Shown: in pieces, positions 28,412-38,022 of the stretch
Numbering within the stretch: the first letter of the stretch is position 1
How the letters are laid out: the number at the start of each line of letters is the position of its first letter
DNA from: Dehalococcoidia bacterium
Lineage (GTDB): Bacteria > Chloroflexota > Dehalococcoidia > Lucifugimonadales > UBA3495
Assembly: GCA_965203975.1 (NCBI GenBank)
Contig: CBDBDT010000001.1
Span: 438,880 to 502,879, forward strand
Direction of reading: 5' to 3'
Length of the DNA: 64,000 nt
Notes under the pieces: model-generated
The model's database searches: none
Told to the model about the DNA's origin: nothing
The model's input: the letters and a program-made list of their open reading frames with translations, nothing else
Position numbers and translations under genes: made by a program

Positions 28412-30100
28412 GGCTCTTCCGCACGTTTGGTGATAGTTCCAAAACAGTTTAAGATTGGAGAGAAGCGTTCATAGGCCCTTGGGGAATTTGTGTGGGAGGG
28501 GTGTCATGGGGCAAGGGTCGGTATGTCCCGAGTCTTCGTACTGGAAAGTCAAAAGGATGGCGGTGGAGGGGGACAGACTTGTCCTCCACCTGATGCCGGT
28601 TCGCACCTGGGTTTCCTGTCCTTTGTGCGGAGGTCCCAGCCGGCGTATCCACAGCCATTACCGACGTCGGGTTATGGACCTGCCGTGGTTCAGTTGGCCG
28701 GTGCAGTTGATCATCCGGGCCCGCCGCTTTTTCTGCGATAGCCCTGGGTGTGAGCGCCGAATATTTGTCGAACCTTTCCCCAAAGCCCTGGGCCGCTACG
28801 CCCGTCAGACCCAACGGACCCACGGCTCTCTGTTGGAATTGTCCCACTGCAGCAGCGCCGAGTTGGCAGCCCGAGTAGCGCGGCTCCTGGGGTTCGTCAC
28901 CAGCCCCGACTCGTTGCTCCGGCTGCAGCGACGGGAGCATTTCTCTCTCGTTCCACCCCGGGTTCTGGGAGTGGACGAGTTTGCACTCAGAAAAGGGAGG
29001 ACCTACGGGACTCTGATGGTAGACTTAGAGCGACGCGTGCCCGTGGACATTTTCGAGGGCATTGCTGCCAAGGACCTTACGGCTTGGCTGCAGGACCATC
29101 CGCAGGTGGAAATCCTGGCCAGGGACCGGGCCTGGGCCTACCGGTTGGCTGGGCAGACGGCCCTGCCGCAAGCCCAGCAGGTGGCGGATCGGTTTCACCT
29201 GGTCCAGAATGTCAGCCTCGCCCTGAAGGACTTGCTCCACTCCAGGGGCTGGCAGCAGGCCGAATCCTCTGGAGAAGCGGGGACTGCTTCCCCAGAATCC
29301 CGGGCCACTCGATCCAAGAGGGACCGCTGGGAAGCGGTGAGAGCTCTAAAGGACAGCGGGCTGTCGTTGATCGCCATTGCCAGAAAGTTGGGCCTGAACC
29401 GCAAGACTGTGAGCATGTACATGGCCTTGGCACAGCCTCCCGAATATGCGGGGCATCCGCCTGGGGCTTCCAAAGTCAGACCCCACTTGCCTTATTTGAG
29501 GCGGAGATTGATTGAGGGTTGCCACAATGCTCGTACTCTCTACCGGGAGGCAATCGAGCGAGGATACTCCGGCTCCGAACGCCAGATCCGGAAGGCGGTG
29601 CAGCCATGGCGAAAGGCCACTGGTCGCCCTGTCAAATCCAGACCGCCACTGAAATGGCTGGTTCTACGGCCCCGCCGGGGATTGAACAGCTCAGAAAAAG
29701 CGGAACTGGATCACCTTCTCCATGCCAATCCCCCTCTCGCCCTGGGACACCAACTTAAGGAGTGGTTTCACGAGATCGTCGAACAAGGTGACCTGGACGC
29801 TTTGGAGGACTGGGGCCACGAAGCCAGTCGGTCGGGGTTGAAGCAATTCAAGCCCATCGCCAGGAGTTTCCGCCAGGATTACGAAGCCATCAAGATGGCG
29901 CTGACCAGCCCATGGAGCACCGGACAATGCGAAGGCCAAATCTGCCGGGTGAAATTGATCAAGCGTATGGGGTATGGCCGGGCAAGCCGGACCTGTTGCG
30001 TCAGCGAATATTGCACCGGTGTGCCGCCTAACAAGCACTCTTGGCACTTCCATTCCCTGCGGCCAATTTCAATCCCCTTCACCAAAAATGCGGAAGAGCC
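28412..30100 (+). mobile_element. ISL3-family insertion sequence (1689 bp)
   Basis: The terminal inverted repeats are ggctcttccgcacgtttggtga (28412-28433) and tcaccaaaaatgcggaagagcc (30079-30100), matching at 20 of 22 positions. They enclose an ISL3-type transposase. The flanking 8-mers differ, so I see no target-site duplication. Confidence 0.85.
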
Positions 30101-30167
30101 AAATAATGGGCTCCACCTCAGTCGGAGTTGGGATCAATGGCGGACCGGGAAGATGACCTGGAGTTGA
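28506..30167 (+). CDS. ISL3 family transposase with a probable 1-nt frameshift near the C-terminus
   Basis: It has an N-terminal zinc-finger region CPLCGGPSRRIHSHYRRRVMDLPW...FFCDSPGCERRIF and the DDE region. After ...RMGYGRA the annotated frame runs past the right IR to 30167. An alternative frame reads GKPDLLRQRILHRCAA* and ends at 30031 inside the element. Confidence 0.8.
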   Translation: MGQGSVCPESSYWKVKRMAVEGDRLVLHLMPVRTWVSCPLCGGPSRRIHSHYRRRVMDLPWFSWPVQLIIRARRFFCDSPGCERRIFVEPFPKALGRYARQTQRTHGSLLELSHCSSAELAARVARLLGFVTSPDSLLRLQRREHFSLVPPRVLGVDEFALRKGRTYGTLMVDLERRVPVDIFEGIAAKDLTAWLQDHPQVEILARDRAWAYRLAGQTALPQAQQVADRFHLVQNVSLALKDLLHSRGWQQAESSGEAGTASPESRATRSKRDRWEAVRALKDSGLSLIAIARKLGLNRKTVSMYMALAQPPEYAGHPPGASKVRPHLPYLRRRLIEGCHNARTLYREAIERGYSGSERQIRKAVQPWRKATGRPVKSRPPLKWLVLRPRRGLNSSEKAELDHLLHANPPLALGHQLKEWFHEIVEQGDLDALEDWGHEASRSGLKQFKPIARSFRQDYEAIKMALTSPWSTGQCEGQICRVKLIKRMGYGRASRTCCVSEYCTGVPPNKHSWHFHSLRPISIPFTKNAEEPNNGLHLSRSWDQWRTGKMTWS

Positions 30168-30446
30168 AGGTGCTGTCCCGCTCTCTGGCCTCGGTAGAGG
30201 CGTACCTGGCCGACTCCAGTGTTTACGACATCAGCCGGTTCAACGGAGACCTTTCGGAAATCGGCCTTACCATGCCGCAGGTTGATGCGGCCTATGTCAC
30301 CATGTTCTTGGAAAAGTCGTTGATTCATAAGCTACCCCCCCCGAACATGGTCCAGTTTTCATCTTCCGGGAAACCCTGGCAAAAAGGCGGTGATGTCGTT
30401 GGCAGCGGCTTGCTCGTCAGCCCTATGGACTGGTTTGAGAGTCGGT

Positions 30447-32798
30447 TCAACCGCGAATGGGGATGTTGGCGGCTGGCTTCAGGACAAGCGTTTTCACAGT
30501 TGCCGCCTCAACGGCTTCGCCGGTCCAGGCAACCGGCACTCCGGTACCCTCCAGCCACGCGGGCAAAAGGTCCTTGTAGTGGGGCGAGAGCGGGTTGCCC
30601 GATTGTCCGCCAGGCAGCGAGAACAGCGACCGGTCCCAATCGCCGACGTCCAACACCATGCGCATCGACGGGACTACCCCCGGGCCAGCCAACGGGTCTT
30701 CGCCGAGGGTGCCGGCTTGAGCGACCGTGTTGACGTCTCCGGGGCACTGGAACGTCCCCAAGTTGAAAATAGCACCCAACATTGGCATCCGACCCAGTGG
30801 GTGCCTGAGCGTGGCTGTACGGGCGCGGCCCCAGTGCCAACGGGCCGTGGGTTCACCCAGTCGCCGGACTGCCTCCGAGTACGCGGAACCCAGCGCATCG
30901 TCGATTTCCGCCTGCCAGCCGCCCAGGAACCATCCGGGAGGCCGCTCTCGAATCAGGCGAGACACTCGTCCCACCTGGCGCGCCGCGAAGGAGGTGCTTC
31001 CGCTGGCCGTGAATAAGCTTCGGTCCAACAGCCAGGCCGCCGAACGGGGTGCCCTTGCCGTCACGACCCGACGAGACATTTCTGCCAGGAAGAGATGGAA
31101 CAGGGTTGCACCAGCAGAATCAGGGGCCATGCGGCCGTCCCAGGTCTCAAGAATCTCCCGCGCCGCCCGGGTCTCAGCGTTGACTGGGGTGTCGGCCAAA
31201 AGAGACTCTCGCATCTCGGACCATGGCAACGACTTAACATCCAACTGGAGGGCTGCGGTCAAATCAACGTCCCAGTCCCGACGATTTTCCAGAGCCTCCG
31301 TGATCCTGCCCAGCCGGTAACCATCGAGCCAGTCGACCCCCAGGAATGGACCGGAACCGTGGGGTTCGGGCTGGGTGTTGGCGGCGGCGAGGTAGCCGCA
31401 GGATGGGTTGAGTGTCCGCGGCATCTCGTCGAAGGGAACACCTTCCTCTTCCCACCCCGCGCCCGGCACCCATCCCGCGCTGGGCAGGACTCCGTAGCCG
31501 CGCCGCCGTCGCGGCGCCTGGCCAGCTAATAGGTAACCGACGTTCCCTTGGGCATCGGCATAGACCAGGCCGAGAGGAAGAATGGGCCAGTCTGAGAAGG
31601 GGGCGCGAAACTCCTCGAACGTCTTCGCTTCGAAGATGCCCAAGAATCCCCGCACCGGGAGGGGGTCCAGCCAGACCGCCCGCATCGAAAGGGCGGCAAG
31701 CTCGCCATCCAGCGCGGGACTGATTATTGGCCCACGCGGAGTGACCAGGACCTCCTCAACAACTGGGTCGGCGCCCCTGACGCTGATCACTTCCCGGCGG
31801 ACCTGGCACTGGACGTAGTCGCCATTCTCGAGAACCGACCGACCGTCGGGTCCAACCCGCTCCAGGAACAGGTCGGTGTTATCCGTGAGCCCAGCGGTGA
31901 CACCCCAGGCGCATTTCCCGTTATGGCCGGCCACTATGGCCGGAGTTCCAGCAAGAGCAGCGCCGGCGACGGCCCAGAGCGGAGACTCCATCCGCGCCAG
32001 GTACCAGTGTGGCGGGACGGCAGGCGAGAGATGGGGATCGTTGGCCAGCAAGGGGTAACCCGACCGGGTCCGGCTACCCGACACCGCCCAACTGTTGGAA
32101 CCGCCGCCGGTTCCAACAGTCTCCTGAAACAATGCCAGGTCTTCGGCGAGATGTTCTGCGGCCTTGCCAGCCACACCGGAGGAAGGCGCGATGATCCGGT
32201 GCCACTCGGGATATCCAGGGTCAAGCTCGAGGAGCGCATCCGGGCCGTCCATGTCCAGAACCATCAACCTGGCAAGTTCAGAGTCCCAGTTGGACGGCAT
32301 CTGGAACGACTGTAGCTTCAGAATGGCCATCACGTCGACGGCCGAAAACTCGGTGGGTTGGGCCCGAAGCAAGACAAACTCGTGGGGACGGCGTGCCAGC
32401 CCTGTATTCCGGCCCGCGTTCACGCCCAAAGCAAAGGTGTCGACTATGGCAGCAATCCGGGGCTCCAGGACGTGGAGTTGTTCTTCGGCTGCGGTGTGCA
32501 GCCCGACGCGACGGAAAAGGCGGTCCACCCGCAGGGTTGCCTGCCCGAACAACTCCGATAGGGTTCCAGAAGCCGCACGCTTCAACAGTTCAATCTGAAC
32601 AGCCCGGTCTTGACCCTGGCAAAAGCCGAACCCGAAGAACACGTCGAGTTCATCCTCGGCCTTGATCATCGGGATGCCATGCCGGTCCCGGCGCAATGTA
32701 ATCTGCCCGCGGGGGCCTTCAACACCCAGAGCGCCGGTTGTGATGGGCAGCCGGGAACCCAGCAGCAACCGGAATAAGCCGAGGTTCAGGGCGGACAA
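30447..32798 (-). CDS. Penicillin acylase family (Ntn hydrolase, S45) protein
   Basis: It has a TTG start with a GGAG RBS, the processing/nucleophile context GGGSNSWAVSG, and is 783 aa. I found no clear signal peptide. Confidence 0.85.
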   Translation of the reverse strand: MSALNLGLFRLLLGSRLPITTGALGVEGPRGQITLRRDRHGIPMIKAEDELDVFFGFGFCQGQDRAVQIELLKRAASGTLSELFGQATLRVDRLFRRVGLHTAAEEQLHVLEPRIAAIVDTFALGVNAGRNTGLARRPHEFVLLRAQPTEFSAVDVMAILKLQSFQMPSNWDSELARLMVLDMDGPDALLELDPGYPEWHRIIAPSSGVAGKAAEHLAEDLALFQETVGTGGGSNSWAVSGSRTRSGYPLLANDPHLSPAVPPHWYLARMESPLWAVAGAALAGTPAIVAGHNGKCAWGVTAGLTDNTDLFLERVGPDGRSVLENGDYVQCQVRREVISVRGADPVVEEVLVTPRGPIISPALDGELAALSMRAVWLDPLPVRGFLGIFEAKTFEEFRAPFSDWPILPLGLVYADAQGNVGYLLAGQAPRRRRGYGVLPSAGWVPGAGWEEEGVPFDEMPRTLNPSCGYLAAANTQPEPHGSGPFLGVDWLDGYRLGRITEALENRRDWDVDLTAALQLDVKSLPWSEMRESLLADTPVNAETRAAREILETWDGRMAPDSAGATLFHLFLAEMSRRVVTARAPRSAAWLLDRSLFTASGSTSFAARQVGRVSRLIRERPPGWFLGGWQAEIDDALGSAYSEAVRRLGEPTARWHWGRARTATLRHPLGRMPMLGAIFNLGTFQCPGDVNTVAQAGTLGEDPLAGPGVVPSMRMVLDVGDWDRSLFSLPGGQSGNPLSPHYKDLLPAWLEGTGVPVAWTGEAVEAATVKTLVLKPAANIPIRG

Positions 32799-33039
32799 TT
32801 AGAGGAACTCCGATAGATCGACGAAGATCACCACCAAAAATTGGTCAGCCAGTAAGGATAGATGACTAGGCTAGGTCCCGCTGTGATTTTAGGCGACGGA
32901 TATACCAGCAGTGAAGACTACACGGTTATGACTTACCCTCGATGTCTGACCACCTATAGTAATGGTCTGGACAAATGTTGGAACTAGAAACAAGGGGGGT
33001 TGGCCGAGTTCGGGTAGTCAAAGATGGTTATTCAAATAA

Positions 33040-33068
33040 TTGATTATAACCCGTATATATGCTATTAA
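33040..33068 (+). promoter_or_regulatory. Sigma-70-like promoter candidate (TTGATT, 17-nt spacer, TATTAA)
   Basis: The hexamers at 33040-33045 and 33063-33068 lie in the AT-rich island about 150 nt upstream of gene A. Confidence 0.3.
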
Positions 33069-33213
33069 AACTTCACTATATGCTTTCCCAACGCGCTTTT
33101 ATCGACGCATATGAAGGCTCAGTTATTCCTAAACGGTATTCCGGCCCATGTGGACCAATAGCGTTTGTTTCGGAATAGTACCACCGCACAGGTTCATAGA
33201 TGGAGGTAAGAAG

Positions 33214-34836
33214 ATGATCAGGGAAACTGGCGTACTTAGCCCGCTGCCCGTTAAGGAGACACTCCAGGAACTCCAGGTTCGCCATGTCGACAATCTGGGC
33301 GGGAAAACCGTTGGGTTCCTGTCCGCATTCTGGCCACCGTACGAACTCTTGGTTGAAGGGCTCACTGAACTTCTCCGGGGAAAATTCGAGGTGGCGGCAA
33401 CTCCCCGGGCCGACTACACTGGCCGCCCTCCATTGAAGGGGGTATGGGCTGAGAGGAAGGAGTGGGCCGACCAACTGGACGCCGCCGTCGTTGGAATCGG
33501 GGCTTGAGGAGGCTGCGTCGCCTGGAGTGTCCAGGCCACCAATGACCTTCACCGGCGGGGGATTCCATCGGTGTGCGTCGTCACGGAAAGTTGGCAGGAG
33601 CAGGCCTCCAACCTGGCTGAGAACCTGGGCATGGCCCGGGGCCAAATGGTGGTATTGCCGAAGGACTTTTCCTTCTGGCCAGACGAGGCTATCCGGGCAT
33701 ACGCCCCGGAAGTGGTGGGGGATGTGGTCCAGGGACTCACTCGCCGGGAGCAGCGGGCGGCAAGCCTCATATCCAGTCACCCGGACGAGGCCGGAACCCT
33801 CGAAGATTCCGAGTTGGCGCAGGAACTGTTCCTGGAACGGCAATGGACCGATGGGTTGCCCATCGTTCCCCCTACTGGAGACAGGGTTCGGGAGATGATG
33901 GTGGCCGTCAATCGCGACCCCCAAGATGCGGTGGCATCGCTGGCCCCTCAATGGAGGCCCGCTACCATAGAGAAAATAGCGGTCAACGCCGTGATGGCGG
34001 GATGCCGACCGGAGTATTTTCCGGTGGTGGTGGCCGCGGTGGAGGCTATTGCGGATCCGGCTTTCGACCTGATCGCTCACGCCACCTGCACGTCCTCCAG
34101 CACGCCCATTTTCATCGTCAATGGACCGGTACGGGAAGCGATTAACCTGGAAAGTGGGTACGCCCTGTTCGGGTCCGCAGCCCATGCCAACGCCACTATT
34201 AGCCGTGCCCTGCGCTTGATTCGCCGGAACATCGGCGGACAGATCCCGGGGCTTACCGACATGACCACCTTTGGTTTCCCGGGAGGCGGCCAGAACCTCC
34301 TGATAGCTGAGAATGAGGAGCTCAACCCGTGGGAACCCCTCCACGTTCAGCGTGGGTTTCGGCCTGAGGACTCCACGGTCACCGTGGCGACGGTGGTGAC
34401 TTTCCAGAATATGTGCCACAACCGGACTACTCTGCCGGAGTCCCAGTTGGCCGTCATCGCCTCCGGGATCGCCCAGATGGGGTATAAGGACTACCAGAAC
34501 AGTCCGTTGGACGTGGGCAATGTGCTGGTGATGATCGCGCCTGCCTACGCCCAATGGTTCAACGAGGCCGGGTTCACCCGCCAGGACATCCAGGCCTTCC
34601 TCCGGGATAAATCCCGGGTGCCCCTTGAAGAATTGCCTCCGGAGTTGATCCCAAATGCCGAGGCGGGAGGCCGCATCGACGGTCGCTGGGTTTACTCCGT
34701 GGCAAGACCAGAGCAGATCGTGGTTTTCGTGGCCGGTGGGTACAACGGCTTCAGGGTTGGGACCGAGCCCGCGATCGTCATGCACACCAACCACCAGAGA
34801 TGGGAGTTCGTGACCAAGAAAATCGCCTGGGGCTGA
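33214..34836 (+). CDS. Candidate selenoprotein A: UGSC-like N-terminal module (motif U-G-G-C, TGA at 33505-33507) fused to an unassigned ~400-aa domain
   Basis: ORFs 33148-33507 and 33571-34836 share one frame and are separated only by a TGA. Read-through gives AAVVGIGA-U-GGCVAWSVQATNDLHRRGIPSV, which aligns with paralog B. The start MIRETG has a GGAGGT RBS. Confidence 0.7.
33517..33539 (+). promoter_or_regulatory. Candidate bacterial SECIS-like stem-loop for gene A
   Basis: The core stem gcctgg/ccaggc has a 5-nt loop AGUGU starting 21 nt after the U of UGA. Two further pairs follow beyond a C-C mismatch. Confidence 0.4.
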
Positions 34837-34862
34837 TCGGGGTCAGCCGGAGGTTGCGCTTA

Positions 34863-35784
34863 GAAACTATCTCAAAACCCTGAGTTGCCGTTGCCGCCGG
34901 TACCAGATTAGGGCGCAGGCCAGTTGGATCAGGCCTATGTAGTTGGATGCCTTCTTGTCGTACCGGACCAGGATCGCCCGGCACTTGGATAGCCAAGCCA
35001 GGGTGCGTTCCACCACCCACCGTCGGGCCGGATGGCGTTTCACTCCTGCGGTGTCCAGCTTCTCCTCCCCTATCCGCCGGATGTGCCCCCGGTATCCGTG
35101 AGCCGCCACCGCCTCGCGGCCCGTTGGATTGTCGTATCCCTTGTCCAGGCACAGATGCTCAATCGCGGCATCAGGACGCTCCACCACTATGCCATTCAAG
35201 GTCATGTCCAGCAGCTTGGTGTCGTGAACATTGGCTCCGGCTACCACCAAGCTCAATGGCCCTCCACCCTGGTCGACCAGGATACTCCGCTTGCTGCCTG
35301 CTTTGCCCCGGTCCGTGGGATTGCGGCCTATTGAATCCCCCCAAAACGGGCCTTGCCCATGGCGCAATCGGCAGCCTGCCATTCCCAATCCACACCACCC
35401 AGTTCCTCGCACTCCGAGACCAACTCCGCCCAGATGCGCTCCAGCACACCCAACTCCACCCAGCGCTGGAAAGTGCGGTGAATGGTGCTGTCGTCCCCCA
35501 GTTCCCGGGGCAGGCGGTTCCAGTGGCAGCCGGTGCGCATGCGGAATATGATGCCGTCCAGGATTCGCCTGGGATGAACCCGCTTCCGTCCCGTAGCCTT
35601 GGGAGGGTCCATTTCCAGAATCACCGGGTGAATCTGCTCCCACAGATCGTCCGGAACCTCCCAAATCGTTGCCAAAGTGTCGCTCTTTCCCGTCATCATC
35701 CACCGCCTCACCAGATCCCCCTTCATCCTAACCGAACCGGATTATCCCTCTCCCTTTCGACTCCTACCGTTTTGAGATAGTTTC
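34863..35784 (-). mobile_element. IS5-family insertion sequence (IS427/IS1031-like, 922 bp)
   Basis: It has perfect 16-bp terminal inverted repeats, gaaactatctcaaaac (34863-34878) and gttttgagatagtttc (35769-35784). These are flanked by a TTA direct repeat (34860-34862 and 35785-35787). Confidence 0.85.
34867..35699 (-). CDS. IS5-family transposase OrfAB, produced by a -1 frameshift at T4G6 (35337-35346)
   Basis: OrfA reads ...RMRTGCHWNRLPRELG...AMGKARFGGIQ*. The -1 frame continues as GDSIGRNPTDRGKAGSKRSILVDQGGGPL...DKGYD... (DDE domain). The fused reading RFGGDSIGRNPTDRGK matches the family pattern as I remember it. Confidence 0.8.
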
Positions 35785-35949
35785 TTAGTCAGTCCGCTGT
35801 GGTCCGGGCACAGCCGGGCAGCTAGAGAGGAACCGCCTCTCCAGCAAGGCCCGATCTGCAATGTGGCTGGAACTTACTCGACGATTTCGCTATCCAACCT
35901 GCCCGGCTTCCCGTCGTTGGGTCAAAGGGTTTGACCACCGCGAAACCCG

Positions 35950-37629
35950 TTAGGGACTTCTTTTGGGCCGGTAGGGGTCTACCATGGCTGACTCATGCCG
36001 CCCGGGGTGGCTGGGCATGATCACGATTTTCGACCTGCTTCCCCCAACGCAAATGATCTGGTAACGGTCTGGACTTTCCCTGATCGGCATGAGGATTTCA
36101 TCCCGCTCTCTCTCCGACAGGTCCAGCAGCCATCTCCACTGGGGAGCAACCGTCTCCGGTTGCAGGGGCCGGGTAATCATCATTTTCCCAAGGTTGAATT
36201 TGGCGTGGTGATGGATGAACTCCTTGGCTTGGCGCTTGGTGAACCCGGCCTGGGCCACGGGTTGGATGAAATCCGGCGATGCGAGGACTATCGTGTCCCA
36301 GGCGCTTCCTTTATGAACGCTGCCGTTTACGGCTGCCATATCCCAGGTGCAGAAGATGGAGTTGTACGCGATGTTCTTCAGGAGCAATTCAGCGGTGGGA
36401 TTGCCCTGATCGCTCACGTCCACCTCTCCCCTGGTGATCAGCACCGTCACCACGCTGTCCCCTGATTCAAACCCTTGCTCAACGTGGAACGGCTCCCAGG
36501 GACTCAGTTCCTCGTTTTCGGCCACGCACACGGTGAATTTCCTGACCGAACCCATGACGTCCATGTCCAGGTGTCCGAGGTACCAATGCCCGATGTTCTT
36601 GAGGCACAGGGTGTAGGCCCTCCCGATGGTCAGATTAGCCTGATTTTCGCGGCCCGGCCCCATCGCCACCCGGGAGTTGAGGCCTAACTCATTTGCTATC
36701 GGGCCATTGACCACCAGAAACGACGCGTGCGCCGAGGTGCCCATTAGAAAGGCTTCCGCAGCTTCCGGGTGGAACTGGGACACAGCCTTCAACGCCGCCA
36801 TGATTACGGGCATATGCTCCGGACGGGCGCCGGCCATGGCCGCGTTGACCGCTATCTTCTCCACCGTCGCCAGCCCGTACCCCGGGGGGACTTCACAAAG
36901 CACATGGTCCCTCGGGAGATTAGTCCCCTTCAGCAAGGACTCCACGGCCTGAGGCGTGGGCGGCAGCAGTGGAAAGCCATCGCCCCAGTCCCGCTCCAGG
37001 TATTGCCGGTTCATTTCATCCAAAGCGTCCAGTTGGTCCTCCCCCAAGAGGCGCTCGATGCCAGCGGGTTGGGCTTTGTGGGGCGCTGCACCGTCCTTGG
37101 TCGTATCGGTGGTAAGCTGCCGGACCAGGGTGTCGAAGGTCTGCTCGACCTGTTCCAACGTCTCTTCGGGGGCCAGGTTGCGCAATATCCCTGGAACCAC
37201 CACATAACGCAGGTCAGGCATCCCCAGCACCCTGGTGCTAGCAATGGTTCCCTGTTCGAACCTCCCCGAGGCAAGCAAAACCGCCGGCTTCCCTTGCTTT
37301 TCAATTTCAATCATGTCGTGGCCCAGCCACAACGTGCAGGCCCCTCAATCGGCGGCAGCTCCCACCACCACGGCACATTCATTGGCCGCCTGTTTCAAGA
37401 CCTCCGGCGGTGCAGGATGCCCCCCGACGTAGAAATTGGTGCGGACGTCGGTGAAGCGCTCTGCCAGCAACTCGCTGATGCGTTGCAGGGCCACGTCGCC
37501 GTTCCGAAACCCGTTCCACAGGAGGCCGACCGTCTTGCCTTCCAGGGTTCTTGGACGCCGGGATACCCCGTAACGCTGCAGGTCGCCTCGCTGTTGGGCC
37601 ACCGGATTCAGGACTTCCAGTTGGAACAT
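35950..37629 (-). CDS. Candidate selenoprotein B: paralog of A (motif U-G-A-C, TGA at 37345-37347)
   Basis: ORFs 37345-37698 and 35950-37332 share one frame. Read-through gives CAVVVGAAAD-U-GACTLWLGHDMIEIEKQGKPAV. The start MFQLEVL has a GGGAGGG RBS. The C-terminal domain is homologous to A (DWGDGFPLLPPT / WTDGLPIVPPT; EKIAVNAAMAG / EKIAVNAVMAG). Confidence 0.7.
37315..37333 (-). promoter_or_regulatory. Candidate bacterial SECIS-like stem-loop for gene B
   Basis: An 8-bp stem (gttgtggc/gccacgac, with one G-U pair) has a UGG loop starting 22 nt after the U of UGA. Confidence 0.4.
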
Positions 37630-38022
37630 ATTGCCCTCCCGGCTGGCAGATTCTTGTTTTTCCCAAACGATTTCACCCATCATTGGGCTAAAATGCATCG
37701 ACTTTGGTTATGGCATGGCCGACAGGATGCGTTTCCATCAGAAAAGGAGGGTTCTATAATACCATCCCGTCGGCAGGGCTTTGCTCTTGGAACGGTTGGA
37801 AAAAGCGATTTCCCGCTCGACAACCACGGCCTCGATACCAGCGTGTTGGACGCGGGCAAGATCCTGATCCCCGTGATGAAATTTCAATTGGCCACCCCAA
37901 CCATGGGGAGGGAAGCCTGTTGCCTTCGCCACTTCCGAAGACGACTGCTTGTCGCGAAACGAGATAAACTACCCTTAAGATATTACGATTATCCAGGAAA
38001 TAACCAACGTGGAGGGATGGAA

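Noticed and set aside
30128-30733. A 201-aa + strand ORF starting just outside the ISL3 right end
   Set aside because: Its last ~95 codons overlap the 3' end of the acylase gene in antisense, and I recognise no family. The first ~90 codons (MADREDDLELKVLSRSLASVEAYL...) might be a small real gene or a remnant, but I cannot support calling it.
33076-34794. A 572-aa ORF on the - strand
   Set aside because: It is the antisense shadow of candidate selenoprotein A. It has biased Gly/Arg/Pro/His composition, no RBS-supported start and no recognisable motifs, whereas the + strand product has a clear paralog.
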